From NCBI GenBank assembly GCA_965218295.1, contig CBDCKN010000005.1, positions 40,253-104,252 of the forward strand: a stretch of 64,000 nt of DNA. Reading direction: 5' to 3'. Made by a program: the position numbers and the translations under genes. This DNA is from Longimicrobiales bacterium (GTDB taxonomy: Bacteria > Gemmatimonadota > Gemmatimonadetes > Longimicrobiales > Gaopeijiaceae). The notes beneath the pieces were generated by a model that was not told the origin of the DNA, did no database searches, and saw only the letters and a list, made by a program, of their open reading frames with translations. Positions 37,934 to 49,645 of this stretch are shown in pieces (within the stretch, counting starts at the first letter, position 1; every line of letters begins with the position of its first letter).

Positions 37934-40433
37934 GATCGACGCGCCCGTGGCAGCCGGCATCTCCGCAGCCGCGATCGCTGGCGGCACGATCGATCAGGTC
38001 AACATTTCCAATCCGGGTGGAGTGGGTGTAAGCCTCAACAGCACCTCCGGCACGTTCACGTTCAGCAGTGTGGACGTCCAGAACTCGGGGGCACAGGGTG
38101 TGGACCTCTTCAACGCGGGCGGCAGCATCACGTTCGACGATCTGTCGATCAGCGGAGCGGGTGATGACGCGTTCGAGGTGAACGGGGGGTCGCCCACTCT
38201 GGTGGTCAACGTTGGCACGGCTGGCATCTCGAACGTTACCGCCTTCAGGCGGGCCTTGCTCATTCAGAGCACCACCGGCGGCACGGTGACGTTCAACGGA
38301 GGCTCGATCACCGACACGGGAGGATCGGGCATCGACATCTTCAGCCCGGCCGGCGCCATCACCGTGAATACGCCGGTCACCATCGACAACCCGTCGGGCT
38401 CGGGGGTGGACATCATCGGCGGTACAGCGCCAGTGACCTTCGCGGACTTGGACGTGACGATTCCTCCGCCTGCGTTAGCTATGGCTGCGGCAGGGGCGCC
38501 GGTGTTCCAGCCGGTGCAGGATCCTGTACTCGCCCGTCTCGGCGGCCCGATTGGCGGAGTTGCGATCGATAACCCCACGGGAACGATTACGTTCGGCACG
38601 CTGCACATCTCCACGGGAAACGAGCCAGCCCTCGCGATCTCGGGTGCCGGCACGGTGCGGGTCACGGACCCGAGCAGCACGTTGGCCTCCTCGTTGAGCT
38701 CGGCGATCGACGTCTTTTCGGTGGACCTGGACATGACGTTCGCGTCGGTCTCTTCCTCCAGCTCCTCGTCCGTAGGGATCCGCCTGAATGGCACGACCGG
38801 CGATCTGACCATGAGTGGAGGGAGTATTACCAGCACGAATGGGTCGTCCATCCGCATCACGGGTGGTAGCACCAATATGTCCTACGCCGGGTCGATTACG
38901 TCGACCCGCTCGAGCGATGTCGTGGTCGTTCAGAACACCACCGGCGGAACGATGACCTTCAGCGGCCCGATCACCGAGTCGTGCGTCACGTGCCCGGTGT
39001 CCGTCAATGCCGGGATCAACCTGCTCAACAACACCGGCGCTACGATCAACTTCAGCGGAGGGCTTACCCTAGGTACCGGCCCGAACACCGGTTTCTCCGC
39101 CACCGGCGGCGGCACCGTCAACGTCACGGGCACCAACACCGTGAGCACCACGATCGGCATCGGAATCAACATCCAGAACACGGACATCGGCGGGAGCGGC
39201 TTCACGTTCCAGTCGGTGTCGGTGAGCGGCGCCACCAATGGCATCGTGCTGAACAACACCGGCTCCGGGGCATTCACGGTTACGGGCACCGGTGCGGCGG
39301 GCTCGGGTGGATCGATCCTGAACACGACCGGCAGGGGCATCGACATCAGCGGGGGCGGCGGCACGTTCACGTTCACCGGCCTGGACATCGACAACTCCAC
39401 GGGAAGTGGCATCTTCCTGAGCGGCACGAGTGGGACGTTCACGCTGCAGGGCAGCGACGTCAAGAACAGCGGATCCTTCTCCGAGCCGGGCGTGAAGCTG
39501 CTCGACCATGTCGGCACTGCGACCATCTCCAACTCGACGGTGTCCGGGTCGAATCAGAACAATGTCGGTGTTCAGAACGACGTGGGGCCGCTGGTACTGA
39601 CGGTTACTGGCAGCACGTTGAGCAGCTCCTTGGCGAAGGGCGGGGTCGGACTAGACATCCAGACCGGCACTAACGCCTTGGTGACCGCCATGGTCACGGC
39701 GAACGCGTTCACCAACAACGACGGAACCGGTCTCTTAGGATTCAGTACCGCCTCGTCCACGCTCGATCTGACGGTACAGGGCGGCAACTCGTTCACCAAC
39801 AACGGCGATGGGGTTTCCCTCGGGAACAATGGCGGCGGAACCCTGACGTTCGACGTGATGGGGAACACGTTCATCGGGAACCCCTTTGCAGCAGTCGATG
39901 TTTTCGGAAGCGGCCCGGGGCTGGTGAGTGGCTCGATCACCGGGAACACCATGTCCAGCCCGCTCTTCTCGAGGGGGGTCAACTTGTTCTTCAATGGTGG
40001 GGCGGACGGAATCGTACGGGTCTCCGGGAACAACTTCAGTGGTGGGGCCCACGGGGTGGTGGCGTTTGTAGGCTCCAGTCCGTCCGATAATTCCAAGTTG
40101 GACTTGACGGTCGAGACCGAGATCATCTCGCTCAACCTTAGCTCCCTCACGCCCGGGATTGACGTGACCGCCAACGAAGCGACGACGTTGTGCACGAATA
40201 TCCGCTCGAACACCATCACCGTGGGTGACGCCAACGCCATCGAGCTGCGCCAGGAAGAACTCAGCACCGTATCCATCGAGGGGCTCAACGGCGGAACGGG
40301 GAGCGTGTCGGTCGGCGCCGACGTGGCGACCTTCCTCCAGTCGGTTAATCCCCTGAGCCCGGATGGTGCCTTCGTCGGCATCACGACGTTCATCCTGGGC
40401 GTACCTTATCCCGGCACTTGCCGGATCCCGTAG
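37934..40433 (+). pseudogene. G/T/S/N-rich beta-solenoid surface/adhesin-like protein, N-terminus removed by IS481
   Basis: about 830 aa of GI-x-I/TGTxTF repeats beginning at the IS end; no start codon or signal peptide of its own. Confidence 0.75.
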
Positions 40434-40654
40434 AAAGGACACCATCGGGCATGGCGTTCGTTCCGGCCATGCTCCTGGCCCAGAGGGCGTTGAGCGCGGC
40501 GGGCAGCAGCAGCACTGGTTCTCCTGGCCGCCCACACCGGGGGCTTTTGTCTCGGATTCACGGTGCGGGAGTCGCCCCCGAGTTACTTTTTCGGAGAGGC
40601 GTACGTATCTCTGCGTCGTGAGTATACGTACGGACGTGCACGTCGAAGAAGAAG

Positions 40655-40728
<74 letters not shown>

Positions 40729-40810
40729 TGGAGCCGGCCCTTTCCTGGCCGGAACCTGGTGGAAGCTAACAGACCGTGATAGGTCGTCAACGAGACTGGC
40801 GACGGGTAAG

Positions 40811-41490
40811 TTACCGGCCCGTACTGAGTCGCCGGAAGACGGCCGAGCAGCTGCCGGGGGCGTCTGATCCGCCCATAGCGACGCCCAGCGTCCGGCCGAG
40901 GAGGGTGGAGCTGCCCGGATCCGGGGGAGCCCCGAAGTATCCGTCCAGCGCCAGGTCGAAGAGAGCCTCCTCCGAGGGCCACCTGACGAGCGACCGTCTC
41001 ACCTCTTCCACCCATCGGGCGTAGTCCGCGTCGGGCCCGAACACGATTCGGTTCAGGTTGATGCAGGGCGCGATGGTGTTGGTCAGGGTGAAGAACTCCC
41101 ATCGGAGACCCCGTAGCGCCACGGGGCTCGCCGCGATCGCCGGAAGCTCAGCCAGCGTGCTCTCCAGGGTCTCGGATCGCTCTTGCGTCAGCATCCGGGC
41201 GGCCCGCAGGGCGGCGTCACGAGCCTGGCGCAACGCCGCCAGGTCCGTGGACCGCGCTGTCGTCTCGTAGAAGGTCTCGAGGGCTGTTGCTCCCAGATTC
41301 ACCAGCGCGAAGCCCATCAGGTTATCGATGAGCGTGGGTCCGTCGTCGGCGATGAGAAAGCCTACTGAGAGTACTTCCCGAATTGTCGCGTCGGCGCGAG
41401 ACTCGTCCCCGAGGGCGAGCTCGTGAATGGCCTTTCCCAAATGGGCGTGGGCTCCCTGGGTGAGATGGTTGAATCGCGGTACCGGGAGGG
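40811..41490 (-). pseudogene. C-terminal fragment of a helical hypothetical protein
   Basis: Coding-like from LPVPRFNHL to stop; no own start; 5' side abuts the SusC sequence. Confidence 0.6.
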
Positions 41491-44400
41491 ATCGAGGTGC
41501 CTGGCGTTGGTCCACAGGGCCAGATTGCGCCCCACCGCGGAGACGTCGATGCCGCCGTCGAGACCCCATCGGTTGGTCCAGGAGGTCGGCAACGAGTAGG
41601 AAAGGGTGAGCTCCCTGAGCTTGATATAGCCGCCGTCTTCCAGGTTCTGGTCAGTCGTGAAGATATTGAAGAACCAGCGACTCTCGGAATCGATCACCGT
41701 CGTGTTTGGCACGTAGGTGGTGTCGGTACCCGTCACGATTTCGTTGACGCCGTCGATGACGATTCCGGTGTTGGCATCGCATGTCGGATACCCGGGCAGG
41801 TCGGGACCTCCCGGCGTGCAGCGACCGCCGAGCGTCTCAGTGAGGACGCCCGAAAGCCGGCCGAACATGTTGGTGACAGAGTAGATGTCGCCACCCTGCC
41901 TCATGTCGAGGAGAACGCTCAGACGCGCGCCCTTGTAGCTGAACGAGTTCGACCAGCCAGCGCGCCAGTCGGGGTTCACGTTTCCGATTGGCTCTGGTGC
42001 AGCGGTCCACCGCGGATAACCGCCGGACGCACTCACGATGACGTTGCCGTTCGGGTCAAATCGAGTTTTCCGGCCCACCAGCTGTCCGAGCGGCTCTCCC
42101 ACGCGGGCGAAGAGGGAGGCGAACCAGAAGCCACCGGCGAGGCTCATCTCGAGACCCTCGACGCCCTCGGTGAGGGCCACCACCTCGCTGTTGTTCTTCG
42201 CCCAGGTGACTGCCGTCTCCCAGCGGAAGTTGGCGCCCAAATACGGTGTACCCCGGAGCAGCACTTCCCAGCCCTTGTTCTGCACGGTCCCCGCGTTGAT
42301 GATCCTGCTCACGTAGCCCGTGGCAGTTGAGAGCTGGACCGGCATGAGCTGGTCCCGCGTCTCCGCATTGTAGTAGGTGACGTCCACTCCGAGCCGGTTG
42401 TCCAGGAATCCCAGCTCGGTCCCGAACTCCCACGACTCGGTGGTCTCCGGCCTCAGGTCCGGATTCTTTAGGGCACCCGGAATGCTGAAGCTGGCGAGCC
42501 CGTTCCACAGGTCACCGGCTGCGAATGTGTTGCGTAGCTGATAGGGACCGGTATCGTTCCCGACCTCCGCCCAGCTCGCGCGAAGCTTCCCGTAGGAGAG
42601 CAGCCCGCCCTGCAGCCCCTCGATCACATCCGAAAAGACGAAGCTCGAGCTGACCGACGGATAGAAGTACGAACGATTTGCCTCGGGGAGCGTGGAGGAC
42701 CAGTCGTTCCGACCGGTCGCCGTGAGGAAGAGGAAGTTATTGTACCCGAAGTCGACCTGGCCATAGAGGCTGTTGACCCGCTTTCGGGCCACGGTGGTCG
42801 TACGGTCGGGGGGGTTTGCGGCGTTAGAGACGTCGAAGGTGCCCGGCGCAGTGAGGACCCCCACCCAGGTGTAGTCGTTCTGGCGCTCGATGTCCCGACG
42901 GTTTCCGCCGAACACGAAGTTCGTGGTGAACGGGAGATGCAGATCCGGACTGGCCGTCAGGAGAAAGTCGCTGTTGGTCTCCTGGTGGCTGATGGCCCAT
43001 TGGCTGAACGCACCACCGGAATCGATGTTCTCGCGGCCCCCGGTGATCGGGTTGGTGCTATAGTCGCCGGCGATGGCGAGACCCGGGTTGGCCGCGAACG
43101 TCTTACGCCGATCGTCCTGGTACCAGTCGGTGCCCGATCGCACCGTCGCGCTCAACCAGTCGGTGAGCTGGACCGAAGCCGAGATCTGGCCGATCAAGCG
43201 GTCGCGGCTGTCCGAGTTGACGTTCGAGAGTGCCCTGAAGTACGGGTTCAGCCAGTAAAGCGTGGTCCAATTGTAGGGGAACCCACCTACGGTCGGCTCA
43301 TCCAGTGGCCGGGTCTGCTCGTAAAGATTCTCGAGCCGACCCATGTCGACCTGTCGCCCGAACCACACGAATTGGTGCATGATGTTGTCGCCGCCGTAAC
43401 CGACGCCCGGACGTTGAAAACCCTCGGAGGAGATGTATTGGACCGAGGTGTTGATACTGACGCGCTCGAATGCGTCGATGCCCCCACCGAACGAGAACGT
43501 GGTGCGATCCTGGCTATGACCGGGCTGCATCCCGTTCAGGTCCATCCGGCTGAACGCCACGCGACCGTGGAGGCTCTTGTTCGCGCCGGACACGGAGACG
43601 TTTGTCGTGGCCGTGACACCCGTATCGAAGAAGTCCCGCACGTTGTTCGGATTCGAGACCCACGGCGCTGGCGCCCGAGTGTCCGTGACCGGGTCGTACG
43701 CGCTGAACCACTGGGGAATCTCGAGTCCCGTGTCGAGCGGCGGGCCCCAACTCTCGTCGGCTTCGTCGAACGTCCCATTGCCGAAGCCGTCGTAATACGA
43801 GTACTCGCCCAAGTATCCGGAGCCGAACTGGTTCTGATAATCCGGTAGGCGGAGTACGTCCTCGAAGGTCACCAGCTGGCTGACCACGATCTGTGCGCCA
43901 CCAAGCACGTTCCGGCCCTTTTTCGTCTCGATGAGGATCGCTCCATTCGAGGCCCGCGATCCATAAAGCGCCGCCGCGTTGGGACCCTTCAGGACTGTGA
44001 TCGACTCGATGTTGTCAGGGTTGATGTCTTGGATCGCGTTGCCGTAGTCGATTCCGCCCTGGTCGGTCAGAATGCCCACTCTATCGCCGATGGCATTGCT
44101 GACCGGAATCCCGTCGATGATGAACAGAGGCTGGTTGGCTCCGGTGATCGAGCTCTCGCCCCGGATCACGATGCGGGAAGAACCGCCCTGGGGACCCGAG
44201 TTCTGGATGTGCACCCCGGCTATCTTGCCGGACAGCGCGTTGACCAGGTTCGGTTCCACCTGTGTGATCTCGCTGCCGTCGAGCTGCCGAGCCGAGATAC
44301 CGAGCGTGCGGGCCTGACGCTCCAGCCCCAGCGCCGTCACGACGATGCCTTCGATCCTCAGAGGATCCTCCCCGAGGACGAAGTCGAGCACCTGGGTGCC

Positions 44401-44664
44401 GGGCTGGAGTGTGATCGTCTGAGTCTGGGTCGTGCGCCCGATGATGCTGGCCGTCACGTCCACGACGGTGGCGCTCACCGGCACGACCAGGATGTACCGA
44501 CCCTCGTTGTTGGTGATCGCGCCGAGGTTAAGGGACTCGATTAATACAGTCGCGGCTCCCACCGGTGCACCGGCTCCCGAGAGGACGCTGCCGGTCAGGT
44601 TGGTGGTCTCCTGGGCGACCCCCATCCGCCCGCCGGAGGGCAGAAACCTGAAACACTTGTTCAC
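41490..44664 (-). pseudogene. SusC/RagA family TonB-dependent receptor, C-terminus truncated
   Basis: IVIRG, PLFIIDG, VLKGPNAAALYGSRASNG, RNDWSSTL, YIKLRELTL; ends at RHLDP without the final strand; no susD follows. Confidence 0.85.
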
Positions 44665-44979
44665 GGCTTAGGAGTTAATTTTTCTTCCGCATCTTGTCAA
44701 GTGAACCGGAACTGCTCTGACCTTTCACGCAACTTTGGTGATAATCCCTTAAACCCCTCTGACAACTAGGGTTCTGGGATCGCTCCGTCGACCGTCGGCC
44801 CACACTCCACGCCATTACTAGCTCATGCGGGATCGAGGGCCTTTCGAAGGCTTCCAGACCTACTTTTCGGCCCCTTAGAAGAATGCCGGTAACTACTGCA
44901 TAAATAATCAACGCCGCAGCAGCGGCCGTCGCCGCTCAAGGGGCCATCCTGGTCAATACCCTCAGCTGATCCGGTCGAG

Positions 44980-45357
44980 CTAGTCCCCCTGAGCGGCTCG
45001 CAGGCGGCGCCAGGCCATCAGCCCATAGGCCCCGACGTTGAACACGACCAAAGCGATCCCCAGGGCCAACTGAGTCCTATGGGTCAGACCGGACGGGTAG
45101 ATGATCGGACCCAGGTAGTGATCGATGAAGCCTCCTGGGTATCGGGCCTCACCACCCAACCTCCGGAGGCCATTCTCCAGGGGAGTGAGGGGACAGATCC
45201 ACCCCCGAAATTCGATCCACGCCCCCCAGAGGACACAGGGGATGTGAATCCATGCCAGCCTGAGCCAGCGAAACACCAGCGCCACGCCCACCGTGACGAA
45301 GACGAGGAACGCGAAGTGGAAGAGAAGGACGAGATCGGCCAGGATGAGGTAGATCAA
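44980..45357 (-). CDS. DUF2784 family membrane protein
   Basis: H..F..FV, WICPLTPLEN, GFIDHY..IIYP. Confidence 0.88.
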   Translation of the reverse strand: MIYLILADLVLLFHFAFLVFVTVGVALVFRWLRLAWIHIPCVLWGAWIEFRGWICPLTPLENGLRRLGGEARYPGGFIDHYLGPIIYPSGLTHRTQLALGIALVVFNVGAYGLMAWRRLRAAQGD

Positions 45358-45605
45358 GGACCACCCTCGTACCCGGCGTCGGCCTCCGGTCTGGTCGGGG
45401 GCAGGAGCAAGTTACAGTTGGCGGCGGGGTAACCGCGGGGCTCCCTCAGCATCCGCAGGCGAAGGTCGTCGGCCTGGGTCCGGAGATAGACCATCTTCTC
45501 GAACATGGTCTCTCCAGGAACGTCCAGCACACCTCCGACGATGACACGCCCGGGCTCACCGCACGCGTGAGTGTCGACGGCTTGGATCATGTTCGATACA
45601 CGCAT
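45354..45605 (-). pseudogene. proline racemase family N-terminal stub
   Basis: VDTHACGEPGRVI, LREPRG; only about 80 aa, catalytic Cys regions missing. Confidence 0.85.
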
Positions 45606-45969
45606 TCTCTCTCCTGACTCGAACGCCCCGGCCATGGCCAAGCCTATCGCCGTCTGGCTGGCGCATCGACTCCGGTAGCAGAGGGCCGGTTCAGGCGGAG
45701 CGATCGGGCTACCGCCGGCTCCGGATCTACCCTTCGTGACTGCAACGGTTCGCAGGGCTCTGATCGGATCGGGCGTGTCGACGAAACCGCTTGCTCGAGT
45801 GTCGGTTCCGACATCCCCGCATGCTCACTGTATTCGCGGCGCAGCAACGGGCATCCTATCTTTGACACCCCCAAGCCTCACCTTGCTTCGGCGTATTCCA
45901 TTCGGTGGTCCTGAGAGGTCGCCGACAAGGCCTAGATTCGTGCCCTATTCTTGAGACGGGGAAGTCGAG

Positions 45970-46764
45970 ATGTCGCGGTTCAAGTGTTTTGCGCGCGCCC
46001 TGTCGGGCGCTTCGGTGCCCCTCCTCCTCCTCACCGCGCTTCCGTCGACGGCCCAGGTTCCTGATACCCCGCTCGCCAGCAAGGCCGATGTCGCCGTGGG
46101 CGAGCGACTGTTCCTGAAGAACTGCGCCCTCTGTCACGGCGGAGACGCTAGGGGCGGCCGGGGGCCGGACCTGACGCGCGGCTTCTTCCGTAACGCCACC
46201 AGCGACGACCAGCTCCTTCAAGTCGTTCGGGACGGGATCGAAGGCACCGGAATGCCCTGGACGGGCCAGAGCGATCGAAAGGCCGGACAGCTGGTGGCCT
46301 TCATTCGATCGTTGAGCGGCAGTTCCGGTCCCATCCCGGGGGATCCCCAGAAGGGTCGTGAGCTGTTCTTCGGCTCCGCCACATGCAGCACGTGCCACAT
46401 GGTGACCGGTGAGGGGAGTCGTCAGGGACCGGACCTCAGCTGGGTCGGCTGGCGACGAGCGCCGGACTACCTCAGGGCAGCCTTGCTCGATCCCAACGCT
46501 GACGTGGAGCCCCGCTGGTGGACGGCCCAGGCGACGACCGTGACCGGCGACGAGGTCGGTAGTATTCTGGTCGACGAGGATCAGTTCACGGTGCGCCTGC
46601 TCGACGCGAACGACGACCTTCACGCGTTGGCCAAGAGCGATCTGGAGGAGTTCGAGCGAGGGAAGAGCTCCAGGATGCCCTCGTTCCTCGGGATCCTCAG
46701 CGAGGAAGACCTCGAGGACGTCGTTGCGTACCTCGCCGGACTGCGCGGAGGGAGCGACCGATGA
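45970..46764 (+). CDS. diheme c-type cytochrome
   Basis: signal peptide; CALCH and CSTCH; GTGMP and SRMP axial Met motifs. Confidence 0.92.
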   Translation: MSRFKCFARALSGASVPLLLLTALPSTAQVPDTPLASKADVAVGERLFLKNCALCHGGDARGGRGPDLTRGFFRNATSDDQLLQVVRDGIEGTGMPWTGQSDRKAGQLVAFIRSLSGSSGPIPGDPQKGRELFFGSATCSTCHMVTGEGSRQGPDLSWVGWRRAPDYLRAALLDPNADVEPRWWTAQATTVTGDEVGSILVDEDQFTVRLLDANDDLHALAKSDLEEFERGKSSRMPSFLGILSEEDLEDVVAYLAGLRGGSDR

Positions 46765-48419
46765 GACATGTCACGATAGGACTGCTGATCGCACTGTTCG
46801 GGTGTCAGGCGGGTGAGCCGAGCTCAGATACCTTCGGCGACGAAGGCGGAGCCTCCGCAACGGATCCGGCCAGCCGGGTGGTGACGTCCGACCGCCTCGT
46901 CAACGCGGATCAGGAGCCCGAGAACTGGCTCATGTACTCAGGCCAGTACAACAGCCAACGGTACAGTAGACTCGATCAGGTGAATCGGGGTAACGCCGCT
47001 GACCTGAAAGTCGAGTGGGTCCATCAGTTCCACACGCTCTCGGTCGTCGAGACTTCCCCGGTCGTCGTGGACGGGCTCATGTTCATCACCGAATCGCCCA
47101 GCACGCTCATCGCCCTCGATGCGGCGACCGGACGCCGATTCTGGACCTACGAGCACCCCGTTCCCGACAAGCTCACGCTTTGCTGCGGACGGAACAATCG
47201 TGGCGTGGCGGTCCTCGGGGAGAAGGTCTATCTCGGGACCGTGGACGCCCGGCTCCTGGCGCTCGACGCCAAGACCGGCAGCGTCCTCTGGAACGTCGAA
47301 GTGGGAGACGCCGCCGCAGGGTTCAGCATCACGGGCGCGCCACTCGTCGTGAAGGACATGGTGATCACCGGCGTCGGTGGCGGAGAGTACGGCATCCGCG
47401 GCTTCATCGACGCCTACGACGCCGAGACGGGCGAGCTCCGTTGGCGCTTCTACACGATTCCGGGAGAGGGCGAGCCGGGAAACGAGACGTGGGGAGGCGA
47501 CTCGTGGAAGTACGGCGGCGCTCCGACGTGGCTGACGGGGTCCTACGATCCCGAAACGAACCTGATCTACTGGGGCACGGGTAACCCTGGGCCCGACTGG
47601 AACGGAGACCTTCGGCCAGGCGACAACCTGTACTCGGATGCGGTTGTGGCGTTGGACGCGGACAGCGGGGAGTTGAGGTGGCACTTCCAGTTCACGCCAC
47701 ACGACACGCACGATTGGGATGCAACTCAGATTCCGGTATTGGTCGACCTGGAGTTGGGGGGCGAGCTACGGGAGCTCATGTTGTGGGCGAACCGCAACGC
47801 CTTCTATTATGTGCTCGATCGTGAGACCGGTCAGTTTGTGCGAGCCACCGCATACGCCAAGCAGACGTGGGCCCAAGGGATGGACGAGAGCGGTCGTCCG
47901 ATCCTGATCCCGGACACGGACCCGACCGAGGAGGGCGTCGAGGTATACCCGTCGATCGGGGGCGCCACCAACTGGAACTCGCCGAGCTTCAGCCCCGCCT
48001 CGGGGCTCTTCTACACCCGCGCCCGTGACGCCGCCCACATCTACTACAAGCGCGACGACGTATACGAGAAAGGAGACACGTACTTAGGCGGGTTCGGCAA
48101 AGACGCCGATCACCCGGAGAATTTCACCGCCGCCATCCGCGCACTGGACCCGCTCACCGGAGATCTTCAGTGGGAGTATGAGCTCGATACGAGTGACTGG
48201 TGGAAGGCGGGCATCCTGTCCACCGCCGGCGGAGTCCTCTTCTCGGGGAGCAGCGACGGCTATTTTTTCGCCCTCGATGACCGTACGGGCGAGGATCTCT
48301 GGTACATCAGCGTGGGAGGACAGGTGCACGCGGCGCCGATGACGTATGGCGTCGACGGCCGGCAGTACGTCGCGGTGTCGGCGAACCACGCGCTGTTCAC
48401 GTTCGCGCTCCCGGACTAA
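46761..48419 (+). CDS. PQQ-dependent dehydrogenase (methanol/ethanol family), lipoprotein
   Basis: LFGC lipobox, vicinal LCCG, GGEYG, GTGNPGP, HDTHDWDAT, Trp-docking repeats; ATGA overlap. Confidence 0.93.
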   Translation: MRHVTIGLLIALFGCQAGEPSSDTFGDEGGASATDPASRVVTSDRLVNADQEPENWLMYSGQYNSQRYSRLDQVNRGNAADLKVEWVHQFHTLSVVETSPVVVDGLMFITESPSTLIALDAATGRRFWTYEHPVPDKLTLCCGRNNRGVAVLGEKVYLGTVDARLLALDAKTGSVLWNVEVGDAAAGFSITGAPLVVKDMVITGVGGGEYGIRGFIDAYDAETGELRWRFYTIPGEGEPGNETWGGDSWKYGGAPTWLTGSYDPETNLIYWGTGNPGPDWNGDLRPGDNLYSDAVVALDADSGELRWHFQFTPHDTHDWDATQIPVLVDLELGGELRELMLWANRNAFYYVLDRETGQFVRATAYAKQTWAQGMDESGRPILIPDTDPTEEGVEVYPSIGGATNWNSPSFSPASGLFYTRARDAAHIYYKRDDVYEKGDTYLGGFGKDADHPENFTAAIRALDPLTGDLQWEYELDTSDWWKAGILSTAGGVLFSGSSDGYFFALDDRTGEDLWYISVGGQVHAAPMTYGVDGRQYVAVSANHALFTFALPD

Positions 48420-48800
48420 CCCCCGAACTCTTCCTCCAGGACGCCCGTGGCGCACTCGTGGAAGCCCTCTCTGTCCTCTGAGGGATCGACGCCACGTGCA
48501 CAGTTCATGACCCGAATCAGATCGCATCATCCCGTCGAAGAGTATCCGTGTGGCACCCATGAGCGCATCGAGACTTCGGCTTTCGTCCCTGAACACCCAC
48601 TCCGCGTCGATCTCCTCGGGAGCGCTGGGAAAGATGGGGTACGCCTCGAGGTCGGTGATGCGAAAGTCCCCCGTCACACTGCCCCCGAGGACGTCATCGT
48701 CGGGATACGTCACGCTCCAGGAGTCGGGGCCCTCGGCGGTTACGGTGGCAATCGGTCCGGAGCCGTAACTCAGCCGCACCAGCGCGCGGGAGAGGCTCAT
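48416..48800 (-). pseudogene. frameshifted C-terminal remnant of unknown gene
   Basis: ...YPIFPSAPEEIDAEWVFRD...RILFDG, then shifted frame DLIRVMNCARGVDPSEDREGFHECATGVLEEEFGG*. Confidence 0.45.
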
Positions 48801-49645
48801 GGAGGCGACCGCAACGTTGCCCGCATGGCCAGGCCCCGCTCCGGGTGAGCTGTCCACACCTCCGTCTCGTCCTCGTCGGTGGCCCTCCCGGCAATCGTGA
48901 ACTCCTCACCACGGAAGAGAGGGCTGACCGCTCGGTAGGAGAAGGAGTCGGGGGAGCCGCCCAGCCGCCTCGATCCCGCGTCCAAGAGGAGGAGGGCAAT
49001 GAGCGGTCCATGCACCACCAGGTCCGGATACCCCTCGACCTCGGTCACGTAACGGTGGTCGTAGTGAATGCGATGGCTGTTGAACGTGAGCGCGGAGAAA
49101 CGGAAGAGGGTCACGGCGTCGGCCGCGAAGGATTCGGACCACTCCACGGGTTCGGGTGGGGGTTTGATCGGGCCGCCCCCAGCCCCAGAGCCATCACGGT
49201 AGACGAGGTCCTGCTCTTCTTCGATCGTCACGCCCCCTTCGTTCGCGATCTCATGTCGAATCGTGACGAAGACGAGAAGGCCGGATCGACCCTCCTTGCT
49301 CCGAACGGAGGCTATCGTGGATCTTCGCTGGACAGTCTCGCCTAAACGGAGCGTTCCAAGGAAGCGAAGCCGGCCTCCGGCCCACATCCGCCGCTGGAGC
49401 GGAATGGGGGGGAGGAAGTTCCCCCGCCTCTCGTGCCCGTCCGGCCCCAGCGCCGACCGGCGGGCAACCGGCTTGAAGTAGAGCCAATGCCACGCGGGCG
49501 GGAGAGGTGAGGCGAGGCCCAGCGACTCCGGAGGCCGGTCCAGCAGGGCCGACATCCCCCGGGCCGGAGCCAAAGTGAGGACGTCCTCGTCCACTCGTTC
49601 ATTGCCGATCCACGACTCCAGCTCGGCTATTTCGTTCTCGTCCAT
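48797..49645 (-). CDS. double-hotdog MaoC/HTD2-like acyl-CoA (de)hydratase
   Basis: LGPDGH, RRMWAGG, FRFSALTFNSHRIHYD, LVVHGPL. Confidence 0.9.
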   Translation of the reverse strand: MDENEIAELESWIGNERVDEDVLTLAPARGMSALLDRPPESLGLASPLPPAWHWLYFKPVARRSALGPDGHERRGNFLPPIPLQRRMWAGGRLRFLGTLRLGETVQRRSTIASVRSKEGRSGLLVFVTIRHEIANEGGVTIEEEQDLVYRDGSGAGGGPIKPPPEPVEWSESFAADAVTLFRFSALTFNSHRIHYDHRYVTEVEGYPDLVVHGPLIALLLLDAGSRRLGGSPDSFSYRAVSPLFRGEEFTIAGRATDEDETEVWTAHPERGLAMRATLRSPP

